The notes under the pieces: generated by a model
Databases searched by the model: none
The model's input: only the letters and a program-made list of their open reading frames with translations
What the model was told of the DNA's origin: nothing
Source of the DNA: an uncultured bacterium
Lineage (GTDB): Bacteria > Verrucomicrobiota > Verrucomicrobiia > Verrucomicrobiales > DEV007
Length of the DNA stretch: 64,000 nucleotides
Direction of reading: 5' to 3'
Assembly: GCA_963977015.1 (NCBI GenBank)
Contig: CAXBMO010000005.1
Location: 128,001 to 192,000, forward strand
Shown: piece after piece, positions 19,623 through 28,771 of the stretch
Numbering within the stretch: position 1 is the first letter of the stretch
How the letters are laid out: every line of letters starts with the position of its first letter
Translations under genes and position numbers: made by a program

Positions 19623-20393
19623 TCAACCTTCAATCCGGCCCATCATCAGGTTGGAGACAAAACTCACTTCATCTTCCACCTCTCCCGGCGCTGCCGTCTC
19701 GGAAACGACAGAGTCGAGCGCGCGTTTGAATTGGTCGCGGAAAGCCAGCATCTTCGCCTTCACGTTGTTTTCGTTCGTTCCCAGTTCCAGCGCGATTTCG
19801 CTGTATTTCACATGATCGCCGTCTCCCGCGCGGCCGCTCAGGTTTTGGCAGAGCAACTGAAATTCCTTCAGCTTGTCTTTCTTGCTGTAGCGCTGTGCCA
19901 ACATCCCCATCACCTGATTGATCGTCGCCTCCGCCCACTCTTTTTCGAAGATCTTGTCCGGTGACTGTTCATCGATTGCCGTATTGGCAAAACGCCCCTC
20001 GGCCCACTCAAAATCCATCGATACATGGGTTTGCGCCTTCGGCCCGCCCCGTTTCTGGGCCGACTCCTTGCGAAATTCCTTCTTTCGGAACCGGTCCAGC
20101 GCCACTTTCAGAAACGTCCGCAACCGACCGCGTTTGGGGTCCCACTGTTTGATCTGCTCCCGTTCCAGCAACTCGTTGACAATGAACGCCTGCACCAAAT
20201 CCGAGGCGTCGTCGTGCGTCTCTCTTTGTGCCCGCATAAAGGCATACATCGGATACCAGTAACGCTGAAAAAACTCCTCCAACGCCTGCTGAGAATCCAT
20301 CGGGTTATCGGAAAGAACCCGCTGGTAAAGACTCAGACTGGTTTCCGGGAACGGATTCGGGCTGCCTGCCATCGTGCTTTCTGACTCGCTCAT
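19623..20393 (-). CDS. ECF RNA polymerase sigma factor, PVC kinase-associated type
   Basis: FPETSLSL, ALEEFFQRYWYPMYAFMR, DASDLVQAF, DPKRGRLRTFL, AQKRGG, PDKIFEKEWA; region-4 HTH YSEIALELGTNENNVK. Confidence 0.9.
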   Translation of the reverse strand: MSESESTMAGSPNPFPETSLSLYQRVLSDNPMDSQQALEEFFQRYWYPMYAFMRAQRETHDDASDLVQAFIVNELLEREQIKQWDPKRGRLRTFLKVALDRFRKKEFRKESAQKRGGPKAQTHVSMDFEWAEGRFANTAIDEQSPDKIFEKEWAEATINQVMGMLAQRYSKKDKLKEFQLLCQNLSGRAGDGDHVKYSEIALELGTNENNVKAKMLAFRDQFKRALDSVVSETAAPGEVEDEVSFVSNLMMGRIEG

Positions 20394-20454
20394 CGCTTCA
20401 AAATGGCTCCATCTCCGGGAATTCTCCAGTGTTGAAAAAGATTCTTGGGAAAAA

Positions 20455-20485
20455 TCCTAACCTGCTGAGTCGATCCGGTAAGAAG
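20455..20485 (+). promoter_or_regulatory. Variant copy of the candidate ECF promoter motif upstream of the kinase
   Basis: TCCTAAC-N13-CCGGTAAGAAG; one base shorter spacing than the other four copies. Confidence 0.45.
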
Positions 20486-20610
20486 CGTGCAGGACACAAT
20501 CAACCTTACTTCAAAGTCAGAATCGCTGGATCTCGCCATTTCTTCATGAACACACACACCAAGAGTTCACCATTGACCGTCAACCGCCCAAGGCTAATCT
20601 GGTCTCTCCG

Positions 20611-23600
20611 ATGCTTGGGCAATCTACTCCCGTTTGCGAAAAGTGCGGCGCTCCGCTCTGGAACAATTCTCCCGTTCCTGTTTGCGGTCGGTGCCTGCTC
20701 GTGGCTGCCGTTGTCAAAACGCAACACTCTCGCCAGTCTCAAAGGGAAGGAGGCAGCATGAAGGATGGCGATGCGACCGAACCACATCCACGCTCCAAAA
20801 GTTCCTCCCTCGGAATCGAATTGCCGGATCGTGATGAAATCCAGAAGCTCTTTCCCGAGCTGGAGATTGGTGATCTGCTCGGCGCCGGAGGAATGGGCGC
20901 CGTTTTCAAAGCGCGGCAGCCTCGGCTCAAGCGGGATGTCGCGGTCAAGATCCTCTCCAAGCGATTGGCCAGCGATCCCGAGTTCATTGCCCGCTTCGAG
21001 CGCGAAGCCCAGGCCATGGCCAAGCTCGACCATCCCAACATCGTCACGATCTACGATTTCGGCGATCGCGAGGGCTATTACTACTTCATCATGGAATTTG
21101 TGGACGGCGGTGATCTCCATCAACTCATCGCAGCGAGCAAGCTTGACCCTGCCGCCGTGCTGGAACTGGTTCCGCAAATTTGTGGCGCAATTCAATTCGC
21201 CCACGAAGAAGGGATCACTCACCGTGACATCAAACCGGCCAACATCCTGCTCGACACCAAGGGCCGGGTGAAAATCGCGGATTTCGGTTTGGCCAAAATC
21301 CTCGCCGGAACCACCGACATCTCGTTGACGATGCCTGGCACCGCCATGGGAACGCCTTTTTACATGGCCCCGGAACAGTTGATCGACACGGAAAATGTCG
21401 ATCAGCGCGCCGATATCTATTCGCTCGGCGTGGTGCTCTATCAGATGTTCACCGGCGTGCTCCCCCAAGGCGATTTCGATCCCCCCTCAAAGACCTTGCC
21501 GGATATCGGTTCGTCCGTCGATAACGCGGTCATGCGAGCCTTGGCACAGGATCCGGCGCTCCGATTCGCCGAGGTGAAAGAGATGATGGAGGCGCTGGAA
21601 TTGGTGCGGGAAGAGCGCAAGAAGCGACGGTCGAAGAAGCACAAGTCGAGTCCTGGCAAAGATCCCAGTAAGCGCAAAAGCCTGATCCCATGGGTGGTTG
21701 GCACTCTGTTGGCAGTTTTCATTGTGGCTGCCATCAGGATCTGGATGTTTCCGAACAAGGCGGAGTCGCCAATGGCCGTTCATTCGTCTGCGGCGGATTT
21801 CAATCATATCGTTGCACCGTTGGTTCCGCAAACGCGGCCCGGCCCGCTTCGAGGGTTGTTGCTGACGTCCGAAGATGAAGTTCAGTCCATGGATCTTTCC
21901 GAGGTTTCGGAGTTCAACGACTTCATCCAGGTCCGGACAACGAATGCCGGTAATCCTCCAACCATTCTGGGTCTTCGCGCAAACGGGAAAGTGATCGGCA
22001 TCAATACGCCTGAAAACTGGGAAGACGGACTCGCGTTGCTCAATCAGGGACCTCCGATTCGATTTCTCGGGCGGAACGTCATGTCCATGCAACATCTCGT
22101 TGCGATCGACGAAACCGGGGTTGCTCGCCCCCTGCTGCCAAGCCACCCTGCCCATCAGGGATTTCCTGCAAATCCGGGTGCTGAAATTGCCGATGTGAGA
22201 ACCTTCACAGACCACAGCGCCATGTTGACGGTAGATGGGCGGGTGCTCTTGTGGGGGCCCGATTTTGTAGGTGAAAACAAGTCTTGGGATATGCCGCCGG
22301 ATACCTTTCGGACCGGTGTCGAGCAAATCCGGGTCACGGAAAACGCGATTTTTCTCCGGTATGCCAACGGCGACGTTAAAGGATGGGGAGAGACGGGCGA
22401 GATCTCATTGCCCCGGGCGATGCGTCACGACGTCAAAGCCATTTCCGTCAACGCTTTTTTGCTGAGGGCCTTGGATTCGGAGGGTCGAGTCTGGTCTACC
22501 TCGTCAGAATCGCCCAATCTCCTTGGAAATGGCGGAGAGTTCGTCGCCACTGGAGTTGCTGCTCTCAAGGATCAGCCCCTCGGGATGATCGTCTACAAGA
22601 AGGCGGATAGCCGCCGGTGGGAACTAACAAGTGGCAGTGGTCCAGAGCGATGGTACGGTCCGTTCGCCGCGGAGCTTGAAAGACTTGGTGACATCCCGGG
22701 GGAAGCCTTCAATGGTGGTGGACATACAACTTCCGAGACTCGCTTTCTGGTTTGGATCGAGCCGGCGGTGGCCGAGGCAAAATTAGAACCAGTTCTGCCC
22801 ACGATGAAGCCCGGCCGATTGCGGGCAATGGGGACGATCGGACTCGACGGACGGATCGTCCCCGCATCGGAGGGACTGCCGGATGTCGATGATATTGTCC
22901 AAATCCGGACGAGCAAAATCGGCGCAATGATCGCGTTGAGAGCCAATGGCAAGCTGGTCTCCAATCTTGAGCCTTTCTCGGAAATGATTGACGCTATCGC
23001 CAAATTCAATCGCGATCATACCGCCCGGCACCTGGGGTATATGTATTATTCCGCGCATGGGTTGGTAGCGATTGATGTCCTGGGTGTTCCCAGGCCTGTT
23101 TTTCCCGACCATCCCACCCATTCCAACTTTCCTCAGCCGGACGAACCCGTGGTTGATGTCATGGGCAGCAACTCAGGCGGAGTCATGCTCACAGAGAGTG
23201 GACGAGCGATTCCCTGGGGATTGTATTACACCCGGGAAGAGGATCGCTGGGATATGCCTCCCGATGACCTGTTGACGAATGTTGAAGAGGTCGCGCTCGG
23301 TAGCTACGCCTTTTTCGTCCGGAAGAAGAGCGGCGAGGTCGTCGGCTGGAATGGGAAACAGAAGATCCTTCCCCCGGAGGAAATGCGCAGCGGAATGCAA
23401 AAAATCGCCATGCATTTCGATAGCTTGGCTGCGATAGGACCTAAGGGCAGATTCTGGCGAACACACGGAGTTTTCCGCTACACGGAACTTTTCATCAAGG
23501 GTGAAATTGAGGCCACGAATATCACAAACAGCAATCATGGAGTGGGCCTTTTGCGAACCGGCACGGGAATCTGGCAACCCACTTTCGATGCAGACCGTCC

Positions 23601-24687
23601 GCTCATGTCTCCCTTGTTGGAAAAGGTCGCCACGCTTGAGGACTACCCGGAAGATGCGTTTGTTATGGGAGGAGACGATGGCTCTCAATCGCGGTTTCTC
23701 TTTTGGATCGAGCCGAAAACGGCGGAAGCAGCCACTCCACAGATCGACCTCCCGCCGGCCCTGGCCGCGATGAAACAGCACGGCGGCGCGCTCAGCGTTT
23801 GGAAGAGTCCCGGATGGGGCGACAAGCCTTACGACATCTCGCCGGCGGAAGGGATCGGTGATTTTCACGCATTGCTCGCGGTCAGTCATTCAGGCTGGGT
23901 CGCGGCTCGGCACCGTGGCCCCTCGGTTTCGTCGCTGCCTTGGTTTCATGATCTTGACGGCCTCGATTGGGCGAGCATGGAGAGTCCGACTTATGGCGGA
24001 ACACGGGACGGAACTGTCCTGGTGTCTCGTGGAGATGGAATTACCGGATTCCAAGCGGCACGCGAGGAGCTGACCGATCTGGTTGAAGCTGGACATTGGA
24101 TCTTGCGCTCGTCGACGGGAGAAATACGGCTCGTGGTCCCCGACCTCGTCACTCAGGCGCCCGGCTGGAAAACCATGCAACGCAAATTGAAAACCCTGTA
24201 TGGCGTCCGTGCGGTTTCCAATCAGGGAACTCGGAATGGAGGGGTGATCCTTTCGGATGGATCGCCATTGTGCTGGCTCTATCGAGAAGAGGAACCCTTT
24301 GTCGAACCTCCGGAAGTGGCACGCGATCTGGTCGAACTTCATGCCTGCGCGGGCGGATGGGTAGCGTTGCGCGAGGACGGACGAGTGATCGCTTGGAACT
24401 ATCACGGGCAAACGAACAGATCCCATCACCTGACACCTCCCGGTGACCTTCCGCCTGTTACGACTTTGCGTAGCAATAATGATCTGGTCGCCGCGCAAAC
24501 GGCAGATGGAAGTTGGCGAGCCTGGGGCGGCGAGCCCACCAATCCAGAGGGGCTGGATGACACGGAAGCGATTCTCCAATTTCTCAACCAAGAAATGGGG
24601 CTAGCAGTCGATTTGGGATTCTGTAACCCGGGCACTGGCGGGCGCGTGGTGATTTGGATTGAGCCGACGGGGCTTACACCTAAATAG
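20611..24687 (+). CDS. Membrane Hanks-type Ser/Thr receptor kinase: Zn-ribbon, kinase, TM, three extracytoplasmic RCC1/beta-propeller-like repeat modules
   Basis: CEKC...CGRC; LGAGGMGAV, VAVK, HRDIKPAN, DFGLAK, GTPFYMAPE, DIYSLG; TM LIPWVVGTLLAVFIVAAI; three modules ending RFLVWIEP, RFLFWIEP and RVVIWIEP. Confidence 0.93.
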   Translation: MLGQSTPVCEKCGAPLWNNSPVPVCGRCLLVAAVVKTQHSRQSQREGGSMKDGDATEPHPRSKSSSLGIELPDRDEIQKLFPELEIGDLLGAGGMGAVFKARQPRLKRDVAVKILSKRLASDPEFIARFEREAQAMAKLDHPNIVTIYDFGDREGYYYFIMEFVDGGDLHQLIAASKLDPAAVLELVPQICGAIQFAHEEGITHRDIKPANILLDTKGRVKIADFGLAKILAGTTDISLTMPGTAMGTPFYMAPEQLIDTENVDQRADIYSLGVVLYQMFTGVLPQGDFDPPSKTLPDIGSSVDNAVMRALAQDPALRFAEVKEMMEALELVREERKKRRSKKHKSSPGKDPSKRKSLIPWVVGTLLAVFIVAAIRIWMFPNKAESPMAVHSSAADFNHIVAPLVPQTRPGPLRGLLLTSEDEVQSMDLSEVSEFNDFIQVRTTNAGNPPTILGLRANGKVIGINTPENWEDGLALLNQGPPIRFLGRNVMSMQHLVAIDETGVARPLLPSHPAHQGFPANPGAEIADVRTFTDHSAMLTVDGRVLLWGPDFVGENKSWDMPPDTFRTGVEQIRVTENAIFLRYANGDVKGWGETGEISLPRAMRHDVKAISVNAFLLRALDSEGRVWSTSSESPNLLGNGGEFVATGVAALKDQPLGMIVYKKADSRRWELTSGSGPERWYGPFAAELERLGDIPGEAFNGGGHTTSETRFLVWIEPAVAEAKLEPVLPTMKPGRLRAMGTIGLDGRIVPASEGLPDVDDIVQIRTSKIGAMIALRANGKLVSNLEPFSEMIDAIAKFNRDHTARHLGYMYYSAHGLVAIDVLGVPRPVFPDHPTHSNFPQPDEPVVDVMGSNSGGVMLTESGRAIPWGLYYTREEDRWDMPPDDLLTNVEEVALGSYAFFVRKKSGEVVGWNGKQKILPPEEMRSGMQKIAMHFDSLAAIGPKGRFWRTHGVFRYTELFIKGEIEATNITNSNHGVGLLRTGTGIWQPTFDADRPLMSPLLEKVATLEDYPEDAFVMGGDDGSQSRFLFWIEPKTAEAATPQIDLPPALAAMKQHGGALSVWKSPGWGDKPYDISPAEGIGDFHALLAVSHSGWVAARHRGPSVSSLPWFHDLDGLDWASMESPTYGGTRDGTVLVSRGDGITGFQAAREELTDLVEAGHWILRSSTGEIRLVVPDLVTQAPGWKTMQRKLKTLYGVRAVSNQGTRNGGVILSDGSPLCWLYREEEPFVEPPEVARDLVELHACAGGWVALREDGRVIAWNYHGQTNRSHHLTPPGDLPPVTTLRSNNDLVAAQTADGSWRAWGGEPTNPEGLDDTEAILQFLNQEMGLAVDLGFCNPGTGGRVVIWIEPTGLTPK

Positions 24688-24832
24688 AGCCCGTCCCTTC
24701 TATATTGCGCTTCAATGTTAGCGCCTCTTCTATGTTGACTCGTCGTGCTTCACTCACCGCCGATCGGGTTCGTGGGACTGAGGTGGGAAATTCTTGACCG
24801 CACCATCTCCAAGCGTTTATCCATGAAGTGGA

Positions 24833-25573
24833 ATGGCAGACATCTTTCTCAGCTACAAAGGGACGGACTACGAAAAGGTCCGGGAAATCATCCAATTACT
24901 GGGCTCCCAACAGAACTGGAGCATCTGGTGGGACCGGGACATTGAGAAAGGGGAATTGTGGAGTGCTCGCATTCGTAAGGAACTTCGCGACGCCAAGTGC
25001 GTCGTGGTCGCCTGGAGCATTCGGTCCATCGATCCCATAAGCGGTAAGTGGGTTCTCGCCGAGGCAGACTATGGATTCAACAAGAACCGGCTCATTGGAG
25101 TCCGAATTGAACCGGTCGGCATCCCAGTTCCCTTTAATCAGATCCAATCCATCGACCTATTTGGGGACAAGGCCGCAGGTCGACGGGCTCTGATAAAAGC
25201 TGTTGGCGAGAAGCTGGCGAAGCGCTCGCCGGGAAAACAGAAGAAGGGCCAACTGAGATGGAAGGAACTCGTCCTCGAATGCAAGGCACTGGGCGTAGGA
25301 TTCAGCATCACCAAAAACACCTTGCGCGGTCGCCAAAGCCTTCTGATCGGTCGAGACAAAAGTTGTGACCTATGGGTGCCCTACGACGCGGTTTCTCGCG
25401 AGCACGCCCGAATCACGTTCGACAAGTACAAGGGCCCGTGCATCATTGATCTCGGATCGGCAAATGGCACCTATCTCGATCGAGGCAAGGTTGGCAAATC
25501 CCGACGACCATTGTTGAGAGCCCGACATCTGGAACTCGGGACCCTGACATTCACAGTAGAAGTTATCAACTGA
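24833..25573 (+). CDS. TIR domain-FHA domain fusion protein
   Basis: TIR: MADIFLSY...WWDRDIEKGELW...AKCVVVAWS...WVLAEA. FHA: LLIGRDKSCDL...VSREHARI...DLGSANGTYL. Confidence 0.92.
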   Translation: MADIFLSYKGTDYEKVREIIQLLGSQQNWSIWWDRDIEKGELWSARIRKELRDAKCVVVAWSIRSIDPISGKWVLAEADYGFNKNRLIGVRIEPVGIPVPFNQIQSIDLFGDKAAGRRALIKAVGEKLAKRSPGKQKKGQLRWKELVLECKALGVGFSITKNTLRGRQSLLIGRDKSCDLWVPYDAVSREHARITFDKYKGPCIIDLGSANGTYLDRGKVGKSRRPLLRARHLELGTLTFTVEVIN

Positions 25574-25673
25574 GCACTCGAAGACGGTTACGCTTTCGGA
25601 CTGCCTACGCTCGCCCTGCCTCTTGCTCGATTTCCATTGCCACTTCACCCTGATTCGCCTCTTAGCTTTCTGC

Positions 25674-25945
25674 ATCATGGGAAACGAACAAATTCCATCA
25701 CCTGACACCTCCCGGTGACCTGCCGCCTGTTTCGTCTCTGGGTAGCAATAGTGATCTGGTCGCCGCGCAAACCGCAGATGGAACCTGGCGAGCCCTCCTC
25801 CAAATCCGAGGAACCAGATGACACGGAAGCGATTATCCAATTTCTCAATCACGAAATGGATCCAGCAGTCGATTTGGGATTCTGTAACCCGGGCACCGGT
25901 GGGCACGTGGTGGTTTGGATCGAGCCGGCAGCTGTTGGGGAGTAG
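25674..25945 (+). pseudogene. Diverged duplicate of the last ~285 bp of the kinase gene (24401-24687)
   Basis: Long identical blocks (CCATCACCTGACACCTCCCGGTGACCT; GCAGTCGATTTGGGATTCTGTAACCCGGGCAC). Encodes DDTEAIIQFLNHEM...GFCNPGTGGHVVVWIEP with an internal deletion. Confidence 0.9.
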
Positions 25946-26011
25946 TTCTGACAAGGTGTTGGCGCGGCTTTAGACGGGAAAGTCCGGCTTGGAAAAAGAA
26001 ATCGAGAAAAT

Positions 26012-26045
26012 TTCTAATTCTCACGCCTCGGACCGGAAAGCAGGG
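26012..26045 (+). promoter_or_regulatory. Conserved bipartite motif, candidate ECF promoter (copy 1)
   Basis: TTCTAAT-N14-CCGGAAAGCAGG, 59 bp from CCGG to the ATG at 26092. Confidence 0.6.
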
Positions 26046-26091
26046 AGTGAAACCAATCCATCTCAATCTTCACACCCAATAAACCCAAAAA

Positions 26092-26490
26092 ATGAAAACG
26101 ACCAAATCGACCTTCACCGCTCTCATCATGGCCAGTTCGACCTTGCTCTGCCAATTCCTCAGTGCCCAGACAAGTGCGGATTATTTCAATCGGGGCAATG
26201 AAAAGGGAAGGCTTGGGGATTTTGAGGGAGCGATCTCGGACTTCACGCGAGCGATCCAACTCAATCCGAAGGCCCCTTACGCCTACCACAATCGGGGAGT
26301 GGCCAAGAAAGACTTTGGGGACGACAAGGGGGCAATCTCGGACTACTCGCGAGCAATCGAGCTCGACCCCAAGGATGCCAAAGCCTACTACTACCGGGGA
26401 AACGCCAAAACGAGCATTGGGGACACTCTGGGAGGAATGTTAGACTTCAACCAAGCGATCGCCCTAGCCCCGAAGATTGCGGGAGGTTGA
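26092..26490 (+). CDS. Secreted TPR-repeat protein (3 TPRs)
   Basis: Signal peptide; repeats of AYxNRG...GDxxGAISDxxRAIxLxP. Confidence 0.9.
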   Translation: MKTTKSTFTALIMASSTLLCQFLSAQTSADYFNRGNEKGRLGDFEGAISDFTRAIQLNPKAPYAYHNRGVAKKDFGDDKGAISDYSRAIELDPKDAKAYYYRGNAKTSIGDTLGGMLDFNQAIALAPKIAGG

Positions 26491-26622
26491 GAGGAACGGT
26501 TTCGAGCTTTGCACGATCGGTTGAAGGCGGGTTCTGGGGACGATCATGTAGTGGCCCCTGTGTGGCGAATTCCCCCGCGTTTGGGCGAGAAAACCTGGCT
26601 TGGGAAATAAATAGGAAGAAAT

Positions 26623-26656
26623 TTCTAACCTTCCCAACCCGAACCGGAAAGCAGGA
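26623..26656 (+). promoter_or_regulatory. Candidate ECF promoter motif (copy 2)
   Basis: TTCTAAC-N14-CCGGAAAGCAGG, 53 bp from CCGG to the ATG at 26697. Confidence 0.6.
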
Positions 26657-26696
26657 GGTGAACCCTATTTCAATCCTTCAACCTACTACCTGAACA

Positions 26697-27248
26697 ATGA
26701 ATCTGTTCGCTTTAATCGCAAACTCTGGAGGCTTTTTCTCCACCGTTGGTTCCATTCTCTTGATTGGCGCAGTTGTCATCGGGATGTGGTTCGCCTTCTT
26801 CGCCTCCGCCGAAGCCGGAGAACGGCTCGAACAACACCTGAACGGCACCCCTTCCGCGAAGGCGCTGAATCTGGTCGTCTACTTTTTCCTGCCCTGGCTC
26901 CTCGCGGCGACGTCGGTTTTACTTCTGTTCCAAATTAGCGATTGGATCCCCAAGGAACCCGACTCGTCCTTTCTTCAAAAGCTGAACTGGGCGTTGGCCA
27001 TAGCCAGCACGATTGGCTGGGCGTACGCCGCCATCGGCTTGGTAAAGTGGGATGTCTGCGGATGGGGAATGGCTCTCTTGCTCTATCCCGGCATGATCTT
27101 CGTTCCCGTCATCACCTTCAGCAACCTGCCGGAGGGATGGCAATTTCTGGCGCTGCCGATTCACACGACGCTCATCTTCGTGATCGGCGCCATCGGCTAC
27201 AACTCGAAAGCAAACCAGGAAATGCGTATCGCGATGAGCCTAGGGTAG
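26697..27248 (+). CDS. Hypothetical integral membrane protein (about 5 TM)
   Basis: 183 aa hydrophobic ORF directly downstream of motif copy 2. Confidence 0.75.
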   Translation: MNLFALIANSGGFFSTVGSILLIGAVVIGMWFAFFASAEAGERLEQHLNGTPSAKALNLVVYFFLPWLLAATSVLLLFQISDWIPKEPDSSFLQKLNWALAIASTIGWAYAAIGLVKWDVCGWGMALLLYPGMIFVPVITFSNLPEGWQFLALPIHTTLIFVIGAIGYNSKANQEMRIAMSLG

Positions 27249-27283
27249 GAACTCCCAGCCTTCCAATTCCAACGAAAAATATC

Positions 27284-27712
27284 ATGATAAATGACCTCAC
27301 CTCCATCCTCACCGACTATTTCACCGTAGACACCATCCTGTCCTTCGCCATCCTCTTCCTCCCCGCTTTCATTGCTTGGTCTGTGATTGCCTGGTTCGAG
27401 CAACGCTCTTTTATCTTTGGCCGTTCCGAGGGTTTTCCTTGGTCACAGATCGCCTTCTCTGCGGTAGCAACGGCCGTGTTTATCGGAGGCCCCACTTTCT
27501 TTGGCTCCGTAATCCTCACACACGCTTGGAACGACGATTGGCGAGTGCATGGTTGGCAGTTTTCGTTTCTCCTCCTCGCAATCGGAATTACAGCCTACAT
27601 TTTTACCGTCCGTGGGAGCGAACCGCTCATTCTGACCGCACTCCCCTTGGGGTTATATCTTCTGCTGGTTTTCACAGCAACCTCCTTCTGGATCTCATCG
27701 GCTTTACGATAA
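27284..27712 (+). CDS. Hypothetical integral membrane protein (about 4 TM)
   Basis: ORF from MINDLTSILT, 35 bp after the previous stop codon. Confidence 0.72.
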   Translation: MINDLTSILTDYFTVDTILSFAILFLPAFIAWSVIAWFEQRSFIFGRSEGFPWSQIAFSAVATAVFIGGPTFFGSVILTHAWNDDWRVHGWQFSFLLLAIGITAYIFTVRGSEPLILTALPLGLYLLLVFTATSFWISSALR

Positions 27713-27811
27713 CTGCCAGGAAAAATCCGCGAAATTTCAGCCTTATCGTGCCAGCCCTTTCTCGGCGTTCGGTTCAGCTGATTCCCTTTCGCCAAAAAAC
27801 GAATCGCAATA

Positions 27812-27845
27812 TTCTAACCTTCCCGCCCCAGACCGGAAAGAAGGT
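27812..27845 (+). promoter_or_regulatory. Candidate ECF promoter motif (copy 3)
   Basis: TTCTAAC-N14-CCGGAAAGAAGG, 51 bp from CCGG to the ATG at 27884. Confidence 0.6.
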
Positions 27846-27883
27846 GAGAACCGATTAGTCTTCACACCAAGCTAATGATCCAA

Positions 27884-28549
27884 ATGAAAACCAAATACAC
27901 GATCCTTATTACGTTCACCTTCACCTTCGCCGCCTTAATCGCCCCGTTTGCCAACGCCCAGACATCTGCGAGGGAATACCAAAATCGCGGAGTGGAAAAA
28001 ACCAGGAATGGCGACCTTCGGGGGGCAATTGGGGATCTCGATCGAGCCATCCAAATCGATCCAAAACATGCGGACGCGTATGTCAATCGGGGCATAATCA
28101 AAAGTATTCTTGAAGACTACAAGGGAGCAATCTCGGACTACGAACACGCCTTGAGGATTGACCCGAATCTTGCCGAACCGGTCTACAACAATCGAGGAAA
28201 TGCCAGGAGGAAACTTGGAGATAACCAGGGAGCGATCGTGGATCTCAATCGAGTGCTTAACATCAACCCAAAACACGCCAGCGCATACCTAAATCGAGGT
28301 ATTGCGAGGCACTCCATGGGCGACAACGAGGGTGCCTACGCGGATTTCAGCCGCGCGATCCAGATCAATCCAAAGCTTGTGGACGCAACTTACAATCGAG
28401 CCATTCTCAGATACAATTCAGGTGACTACGAAGGCGCATTGATTGACGCCTCCAGGGTCATCGAGATTGCTCCAAATCATTCAAACGCACAGAACGTTCG
28501 CAAATTCGCCCGGGAAAAGATGAAAAGACAAACTCTCTTGGATCAATAG
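27884..28549 (+). CDS. Secreted TPR-repeat protein (about 5 TPRs), paralogue of 26092-26490
   Basis: MKTKYTIL...NA-QTSA signal matching MKTTKSTF...SA-QTSA; AYxNRG TPR repeats. Confidence 0.9.
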   Translation: MKTKYTILITFTFTFAALIAPFANAQTSAREYQNRGVEKTRNGDLRGAIGDLDRAIQIDPKHADAYVNRGIIKSILEDYKGAISDYEHALRIDPNLAEPVYNNRGNARRKLGDNQGAIVDLNRVLNINPKHASAYLNRGIARHSMGDNEGAYADFSRAIQINPKLVDATYNRAILRYNSGDYEGALIDASRVIEIAPNHSNAQNVRKFAREKMKRQTLLDQ

Positions 28550-28737
28550 AACAGCCAACAACGGACATCCGGAAATCCTTATTGTTTCATAATCAGTAGC
28601 CATCCGGTTTTGTCAATCTCGCTGCGAAGCCCGTCTGGGCGCGAAACGGTCTGGATGTCCACATCGGTCGCCGTATTCCGCCCACCATACGAAGCAAAGC
28701 TGGTCTGACCAATATTCCCAAAGAAACGAAATCGTTT

Positions 28738-28771
28738 TTCTACCCCTGGCAGGCGATTTCGGAAAGCAGGG
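28738..28771 (+). promoter_or_regulatory. Candidate ECF promoter motif (copy 4)
   Basis: TTCTACC-N14-TCGGAAAGCAGG followed by GAGTGAA as in copy 1. Confidence 0.5.

Noticed and set aside
20409-20440. ECF promoter motif on the minus strand upstream of the sigma gene
   Set aside because: TCAAC-N12-CCGGAGATGG has the wrong spacing and a poor second box.
24401-25945. Kinase 3' end and its duplicate as a DGR variable/template repeat pair
   Set aside because: Mismatches are not restricted to adenines in either copy, indels are present, and there is no reverse transcriptase gene in the window.
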